Assembly (NCBI GenBank): GCA_951406725.2
Contig: OX597826.1
Span: 80,228,001 to 80,292,000, forward strand
DNA length: 64,000 bases
From: Octopus vulgaris
Lineage: Eukaryota
Reading direction: 5' to 3'
Of the stretch, positions 55,881 to 64,000 are shown piece after piece. The notes below the pieces were generated by a model. It saw nothing but the letters and a program-made list of their open reading frames with translations. It was not told the origin of the DNA and did not search any database. A program made the position numbers and the translations under genes. Position 1 is the stretch's first letter. Every line of letters starts with the position of its first letter.

Positions 55881-56192
55881 AGTAAATTAAAGCCTAAACA
55901 GTAAACATATTTATTCGTTTCTACAGCTATTCCACGCGTATGAAAATTAAAAGACTCGTTCAGACTTTTTTATTTCTTTTGTTTGTTTTTTTTTTTCAGG
56001 TTTCGAACTGTGGCGATGCGGGACACGTCACCTTGAATGATTTTGGTCGATCATATCGAACTCAGCACGTTTCCCTTTTGATGTTTCTTCTATCTCTTTA
56101 TCGATCTGTTAATGTTAGAGGACGTAAACTGAAAGTATGGCGTTTCAAGCAGCGTGAACATTAAGACATCCAGAAATTTAAACACACACACA

Positions 56193-56261
<69 letters not shown>

Positions 56262-56559
56262 AGAGAACAAGCATTAAACACCACGCTTCCAAACATTTAA
56301 TCATATATAAATATTACCATGGCATTTAACATATAAAGAATACCTATATAAAAAATGGGAATTAACCAGGGATTTTTAAGTTGTGGATTCTATTTGTCAT
56401 GTCGACCGAAGATAGATTTTATCGCGAAGAGAAATGATATGAGTAATAAAATGGCTTTATAGCGATTTTGGCTGCTATTTTTAACACGTAAGGATTTTGA
56501 AATCCTCTTAGTTATAATTGTGGCTTGTTCATAATTATAAACGTTCTTCTTTTATATAT

Positions 56560-56735
56560 AGTGAGAATTTACAAAAAAAAAAATCAAAAGACGGGTGTGT
56601 AAACAACAAACATGTATTAGTTTAACGCTCGGGAAGTGAGAAAGTCTTTTACGTTTCGAGCCTACGCTCTTCGGCAGAAAGGAACACAGAAGAAATAAAC
56701 AGGGAGAGAAAATAAAAAACGCTTTAGTGATCTAT

Positions 56736-56737
<2 letters not shown>
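56560..56737 (-). mobile_element. Penelope-like pLTR module with hammerhead-like motif (56646-56681)
   Basis: Minus strand CTTT-CTGCCGA-A-GAGC(GTAG)GCTC-GAAA-CGTA-AAAG. Flanked by TA runs. Confidence 0.65.
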
Positions 56738-56789
<52 letters not shown>

Positions 56790-58988
56790 TAGGAATAACA
56801 TTTTTTCCAAAGGGATTTCTGAATGAAACCTGATGAATGTGGAGAAATTGTCTTATTTCTTTTAATGTTTTTATATTCATTTATATGAACACAGAAGAAT
56901 TTTGTATGTCTGTGTTGATGCATGTATGACTGTGTGTCAGTTTTCCTGCTTTCCTGTATAGTTTGTGACTGAAACTTCGTTCACCTGAATTTAGTCGGAC
57001 CAAGGCTATAGTGAAAGACACCTGCCAAAGGTGCCACTGAGTACGACTGAGCCCGCAAACATGTGGTTGGGAAGCAATTAGGTCATTCTCTTCTTGAGAC
57101 ACCCTTGCCAATTTTTCGTGTGTAGCAGGAACAGAATCATATTATCTACCCCTACCTGACAGGTAATAGATAATCATACAAGCTACCCCTACCTGGTAAA
57201 TAATTCGTTCCAGTTGTTTGGTCTTATTTTTCTCTGATTCAGTTAGCCCTCTTTCGATTTGCTGCTTTACCTTTGCTGCCAGCCTTGCTCTTTACGTCGC
57301 ATTCTCTTTTTGACGATTCATGTTGAATTGAACAATTCTAAAAACAAACAGCGCAATATGTATTTTTTACTCTTGTGTTGTAAATCGATATTAGACGAAA
57401 TCAATCTATCACCTAACTATAAACTCAAAGTCGGCGTAGCATGGTTTACACGTTTACGTATAACGGAATCAAACTTGAAATGAAAAATTCCTATCCAATT
57501 TTGATATGACAAATATATACGTATAGTGTAAAAAGCTTCCCAAATATCCTAAAATTATTTCAAAGAGAAATCTTTGTAATTGCTTGTTTTCAAAGAAAAC
57601 GTTTCAGCAGAGGCAATAGAAAGTAAGGGAGGAGCAACAAGAGAAAGAGAAAAAGAGGACGAGAATGAGGGAGAGGTTGTGGCAAGGAAAAGGATACAAA
57701 TGAAGGGAGTAAAGCGTTAGAAAACCCTATCACGCAGGGAATTAAAATTAGTTTTCTGACTGAATCATGTAGTTGAAATTTCAATAAGAAAAGAGAATTT
57801 GAAAAATCACAATTTGATAAAACTAAAAGAAATTGGAATTTTTAAGGATTTTCTAGACTGTGTAGGCTTTTATAATTGCTTTGTTTTCGTAAAAGTGACA
57901 TAATCATAAGCTGCTATTTCTATTATAATATTCATAGCTATAGTACTGTGACAACTGTTCTCTTCAGACTATTTTTAAGTAACTATAGTACATCACTGGT
58001 AATTAATGATATCGATATTATGTGTGTGTGTGTGAGTGAGTGAATGAATGAGTGAGTGAATGAGTGAGTGAATGCATGAGTGAGTGAGAGATGGGAGAAA
58101 GATATTTTTATACATATGTGTATATACGTGTGTTTTATGCATATGTCTGTGTGTATGTATATATGTATGCATGTATGGTCAATAAAATTTGACATAACCG
58201 GAGACTACAGCACGACGTTCTCTTTTCAGGATTTATGAAAATAAGGAAATATTGTGTTTGATCTCGAAACAACGAATAAACGGTTTAATTTTTGTCGGCT
58301 GATAAACGAGAGAATGAAATCAAAAATAAATCAAAGACGATATCAAAAAAATAAGTTCAGCTGTGATTGGAGGGACATTTTGGGAGAGATAAAACCGGGA
58401 GAAGAGACACATAAATCGACGTTCAGAATATATTTAATTTTAAAATGTCTTAACTAACAAAATTAAATGAAAATTATGAGAAATAAAAATTGTCCTTCTT
58501 GTTCCGAAGATGAATATGTAACGTCTGAATTTTTATGATACATATAAATTAGACATTTTTGATATATTCGTTATGTATGTTTGAGAAGAAAAAAAAAAGA
58601 TATTTAAATGTATCGTATGTTTAAAAGTTTTTAAATGTTGATTGTTTTTGTAATGACCGCTTATGAAATTGTTCTTTCCTGCTCTCGTCACCCTTAACTT
58701 TCACGGTTTTCCTTCGCAGAAAATTTAAATGGTTTTCGGAATTAGGAGTTACTGTTTCCGACATTATAATATCACTGAATCACGAATGGTGATATCTGTT
58801 TCTTTTACTTTAAACGCTAACCTTGTGGATTTCGTTACTTCATTACTGATATCAACTCTGTTATCGTCGCTGTTTTATTGTCGCCAGAGACGCCAGCGAC
58901 GCCATTGGCGCCAGAGACGCCAGCGATGCCATCTTCGTGAAAAGTAAAGAAGAGAAAAGAAGAGCCTTGGAAAGAATATAAAAGACTT

Positions 58989-59058
58989 AATATATTTAAA
59001 TCATACCATTTTGCTTATGTGTCGACACATAAGCAAAATGGTATGATTTAAATATATT
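58989..59058. repeat. Perfect 70-bp spacer-less palindrome
   Basis: AATATATTTAAATCATACCATTTTGCTTATGTGTC|GACACATAAGCAAAATGGTATGATTTAAATATATT. Imperfect arms continue to about 58928 and 59129. Confidence 0.97.
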
Positions 59059-59589
59059 TAGCCTCTCCTTTTCTTCCCGAGGCTCTTCTTCTTTTCTTTT
59101 CTTTGCTTACGAGAAACAAAAAAGATGGCACAGGTTTTTAAACGCAGACGACACCATTAACACTGTAATATTTAGTTTGAAAACTATGTTGTGGGTTATG
59201 GAGAATGAATACCGTCCGTGGATACAAAGAGCAAAAAATAACAAAAACGGTAGGAAATTTTAAGAACAAGGAGAAACGATAGGACAAATAAGTAAAAAGG
59301 GACTGCATTGCAGAACTAATTCATGAAGCAAGGCAAGGATGCTGGAAGTAAAGATGGTGGACAATGACGACAATGACGACGATGATAATAATGATGATGA
59401 TTACGTTAAAGATAATGAGGACGCTAATATTAGTGACGAGGTCAGGATTTCTAATATTGGTACAAGGTAAAAATTTAGTAAAATAAAATTCAAGCATCGT
59501 CGAAATAAATCCCGAAATCCGAATGTAATGCACGTGTATTTTTGTCTATTTTTCAACTGCCTCGATTCCTAAGACTCATGCAACCACTT

Positions 59590-59810
59590 ATCCGGTTTCC
59601 ACAGCAAGTGATCGACAACGCACCATTACCCCTGAACAGGACGCCAGTCCGTTGCAGGATTACTTATTCACAGATGAGTGGATTGGAACAACATAAAATG
59701 AGGTGTTTTGCTAAAAAAACACAACGATGCACGCAGTCCAGGAATCGAAAGCACGGCCTTGCGGTCGTTAATGCAACACCTTAAACTAAACCATTAGGCC
59801 ACGCGCTTTC
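59590..59810 (-). mobile_element. tRNA-derived SINE, head type D, decayed
   Basis: Reverse complement GCGCGTGGCCTAATGGTT...TTTCGATTCCTGGA...TGCAACGGACTGGCGTCCTGTTCAGGGG. Confidence 0.65.
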
Positions 59811-60092
59811 ACGTAAATGTATGCAAACATAAGTCGATTCTGAACGCCATTTTGGTGGACGCCAATGGAAACTGGCAGTTAAAAGAATAAACATCTCTGT
59901 TGAATGTAATTCTTCGATGTTGGAAGGTGATGCAACCATTTGGCACTTTACGCAATACATTATCAACATGAATATAAACGTCAGGTTAGAAAGCAGTGGA
60001 ATTAGAAGCCTTACAATCTTGTTCTTCAAAATGAAACAGTAAAATAAACTTAATTAAATACACATAAATGTATATACATGTAGGTACATGAG

Positions 60093-60141
<49 letters not shown>

Positions 60142-60419
60142 CAGCATGGAAGGTATATATATATATATATATTCTTACATATTTACACAAACATATATAT
60201 ATATATATGTGTGTGTGTGTGTATACTTATACACATGCATATATATGTATATACATATATATCCCCCACACACACTTGTTTATCTCTATAGATAAGAATA
60301 TATATATGCATATATACACACACATATATGTATCATATATATGTATATATATATATACACATACATACATTCATATATATATATATATATGTGCGTGTGT
60401 GTGTGTGTATGTATGTATG

Positions 60420-60452
<33 letters not shown>

Positions 60453-61020
60453 ATGTAGATATATACATATATGTGTATGTATATATGTATATATATATAT
60501 ATATATATATACATATATATATGTATATATATATGCATATATATATATATATATACATATATATATGTAGGTATGTATGTATATAGATAACATATTCGTT
60601 AGATATATTTGAGATAAGATTTATGTTCTACATCATTGCTTTCACAGATTTTCTAATTAAAAACGCCCACATCCAATTTGTAAATCGCCTGATTCAAAGA
60701 GCGAAAACAGTTGCAAGAATAAATAAATAAATAAACGAAAACAAAATAAATGTACAACGAACAAATAAATAAACAAATAACAATGTTTGCATACAGAATG
60801 AATTTCTAAGACTTAACACTGTTTGAAATAATGACACGCTTTTCTTTGCTTGGATTTTTCCCGTCATGTTTTCTTTTATTAAAATTAATGTTTAATAATG
60901 TTGAACATCACTGCTTATTTCAGTTACAAATATGTGTGTTCACGTTCGTGTGCGTGATTGTTCGAGCGCACGTGTGTGTGTGTGTGTGAATGTGTATGTG
61001 TTCGTATGAGTTTGTGCAAG

Positions 61021-61051
<31 letters not shown>

Positions 61052-61270
61052 CCATAGTGAATGTACGTGTGTATTTTAGCATGTGTATAAAGATATATAT
61101 ATGTGTGTATGCGTGTGTCTATACAAACATGTATTTATGTATAGATAGCATTTCATTTTAATGTACGCTGTATTAACATAACAGGTACTAATAGTTTCTT
61201 GCCGTGGAGACACGTCAGGCAAATTTTTACAACGTGTCCTGTGGCTCCTAACCAATGCTTATGCTAGGGG

Positions 61271-61329
<59 letters not shown>

Positions 61330-61498
61330 ATGTACGTATGTATGTATATATATATATATTTATATATATATATATAGAAACATACATACATACATACATG
61401 TATCTGTATATATATTTAGATAGATATATGTAAATATATACAAATATATACATTTAAATATATATAGGAATATATATACACATATAAATGTATATATA

Positions 61499-61542
<44 letters not shown>

Positions 61543-61544
61543 AT

Positions 61545-61564
61545 ATATATACCTATAAAATATC

Positions 61565-61606
<42 letters not shown>

Positions 61607-61626
61607 GATATTTTATAGGTATATAT
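61545..61626. repeat. Perfect 82-bp palindrome centred on (AT)14
   Basis: ACCTATAAAATATCTACATAC-(AT)14-GTATGTAGATATTTTATAGGT plus flanking TA. Confidence 0.93.
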
Positions 61627-61627
61627 G

Positions 61628-61675
<48 letters not shown>

Positions 61676-61862
61676 GAGACAGAAAGTCAGACTTATATAG
61701 ATGAGAATATTTACATTAGTAAGTGTGTAATATGAATAATATCATATATTGTTCTCGCATTGAGAACCTTCTTATTGACACTAGCTACATCTGTTCTTGC
61801 CAGTATATATATATTTCTATTTAAAACTAAAATTCCCAAACACACACACTCACACACACACA

Positions 61863-61918
<56 letters not shown>

Positions 61919-61950
61919 GTATACACTTACAAACACACACACGCACGCTC

Positions 61951-62072
<122 letters not shown>

Positions 62073-62098
62073 GGTGTGTATGTGTCTGCTTATGTAAG

Positions 62099-62141
<43 letters not shown>

Positions 62142-62608
62142 TGTGTGTGTTTGTATATATACATACATATGTGTGTTTGTTTATATACGTATAGCGTGAT
62201 GTTATCTCACATATACTTTAAAACACACGTAACCATGTAAACGATTCGCGATGTCTTCCAGCGTGCACACGTGCCCCGTTGTCTACCCGATCCGCTGGTT
62301 TCCTGTTTATTTTACGGCGGATCATATCTCTGTGCTATCAGTAGACATGTGAAATGGGAATCTCGGCCAATGGGCGGTGGGCATTCATAAACATTTAGTT
62401 CACAAGTTGTTTAGAAATTTACATTTCCGGTTAATATGAAATCCTGGGATTCAATGGTGAAGGGATAGCTATTCAAAATAATAATATTCTTTGTTGAATG
62501 TGTATATATATATGTATATGTATATGCATGTGTGTGTGTGTGTGTACGAGTATACACACATATATAGGTATACATATATATATATATATATATATACATA
62601 TATATATT

Positions 62609-62660
<52 letters not shown>

Positions 62661-62822
62661 CATATGTAGATGTATGTGCATGTACATATAAACATGTATA
62701 TATACACACAATCACATATATATATATACATACATGCATACAGTCACCCATATAGATATATATGTGTGTATATATAAACTTATATATACATGCCTACACA
62801 CATGCATATATGCATATATATT

Positions 62823-62881
<59 letters not shown>

Positions 62882-63024
62882 TGTGTGTGTATGCGTGTGT
62901 ATGTGCGTGTCTGTGTATAGGCATACATATATATGTATACATATATGCACATATACTTATGCATATGTATATGCATGTATATATAAACATGTGTATATAT
63001 CTATATATATATATACACACACGT

Positions 63025-63072
<48 letters not shown>

Positions 63073-63465
63073 GCGTACACTCACCCATATATATATATAT
63101 GCATGTGTGTATGTATATGTGTGTGGTGTGTGTGCCTGTACGTGTGTCGGGTGTTCCATCTTACTATTACGTAGATTTGTCTGATAGCATACAAACCTCT
63201 CCATGTGTACACACAAGCACCTATATTTACATACAAACATATAATAATATGTGTGCGTGTATGTGGCTGTGTGTATATGTGCGTGTGTGTGTGTAAGTGT
63301 GTGTGAGAGAGTGTTTGTGTATGTGTGTGTGTGTATTTACAAATACAAATCTCTGTTTCTCCAACCTCTCTTTTTAACTTCTCTATGTAACAGCATAACA
63401 TCCTTCCTCACCGCCTGGCTGTCTCTCTCAGAGGAAACCCATCTGTCCATGAATTACTCCGCATA

Positions 63466-64000
63466 CGTCGTCTGATCAATAAATATCCGGACTGTTGCCA
63501 TAGTAACGAAGCTAAAGCACGCAGAGTGAAGCCTCTTGGCATAGATTCACCTTGAACTTTGCTAGTTTAAACGTTCTAGCTCACTTCCGCTGTTTACAGC
63601 AGTGCTTGGAAGGAACGTGTGTAGTGTGTGATCGTGGTATTGACCATGAGAAAGTTGAGCAGAGAATCTTCATCAAATTTTGCCAAAAGCTTCGCGATAC
63701 CTGCTCAGAGGCCTACGCAAAGTTTTCAAAAACTTTTCATCATTCCCGACACAATCAAGATTTCGTGCAACTGAAACCCATGTGTCTCTTTTGATCTGCT
63801 GAAAGCAGTTTTGGCACAAACTTGGCAGACACGCGTCTCATACCCAAATCTTCAGTGATAATGGACTGAACTGAACCGTAACTAATTTGCACATCCTCTG
63901 ATAACTCTCAGATGGTGATTCAAAGATTTCCCCTCACAGCTGCGCGCACATCAACGATGTTTTTTCTCAGTTATGCTGGTTTCGGGCCGCTCAGAACTTT
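63466..64000. mobile_element. Mariner element (second subfamily) with internal inversion, running off the window
   Basis: TA plus CGTCGTCTGATCAATAAATATCCGGACT, a TIR-like start. The plus strand encodes EQRIFIKFCQKL...EAY. From about 63736 the minus strand encodes ELSEDVQISYGSVQSIITEDLGMRRVSAKFVPKLL. Confidence 0.85.

Noticed and set aside
62360-62395. CCAAT, GGGCGG and CATAAA promoter-like cluster
   Set aside because: Short motifs only, with no identifiable downstream gene.

Overview
This is an AT-rich eukaryotic window dominated by microsatellites ((TA)n, (CA)n, (TACA)n, (GATA)n, (AAT)n, (GAT)n, (GAAA)n) and interspersed repeats. The SINE families and repeat landscape resemble an octopus (coleoid cephalopod) genome; this is an inference, not verified. 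I can support no intact host protein-coding exon, and nearly all listed ORFs are microsatellite artefacts. Recognisable content: one full-length decayed mariner (5800-7057) and a second, internally inverted mariner at the right edge; fragments of CRE-like, R4/Dong-like and two RTE-like LINEs; hAT-type MITEs; and many tRNA-derived SINEs (Nin/Deu-domain, CORE-domain and a third body type) with visibly shuffled heads and tails. Two patterns stand out. (1) About 8-10 short non-coding modules, mostly embedded in (TA)n or (AAT)n arrays, carry minimal type I hammerhead-ribozyme-like motifs of the Penelope pLTR kind; one is fused to a tRNA-derived Pol III head and sits next to an inverted partial copy, i.e. 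a candidate ribozyme-bearing, Penelope-mobilised SINE (19567-20127). (2) Several fold-back palindromes of non-repetitive DNA occur, including a perfect spacer-less 70-bp palindrome with decaying outer arms and two (TA)n-centred palindromes. All alignments and folds were done by eye; no database search was run.
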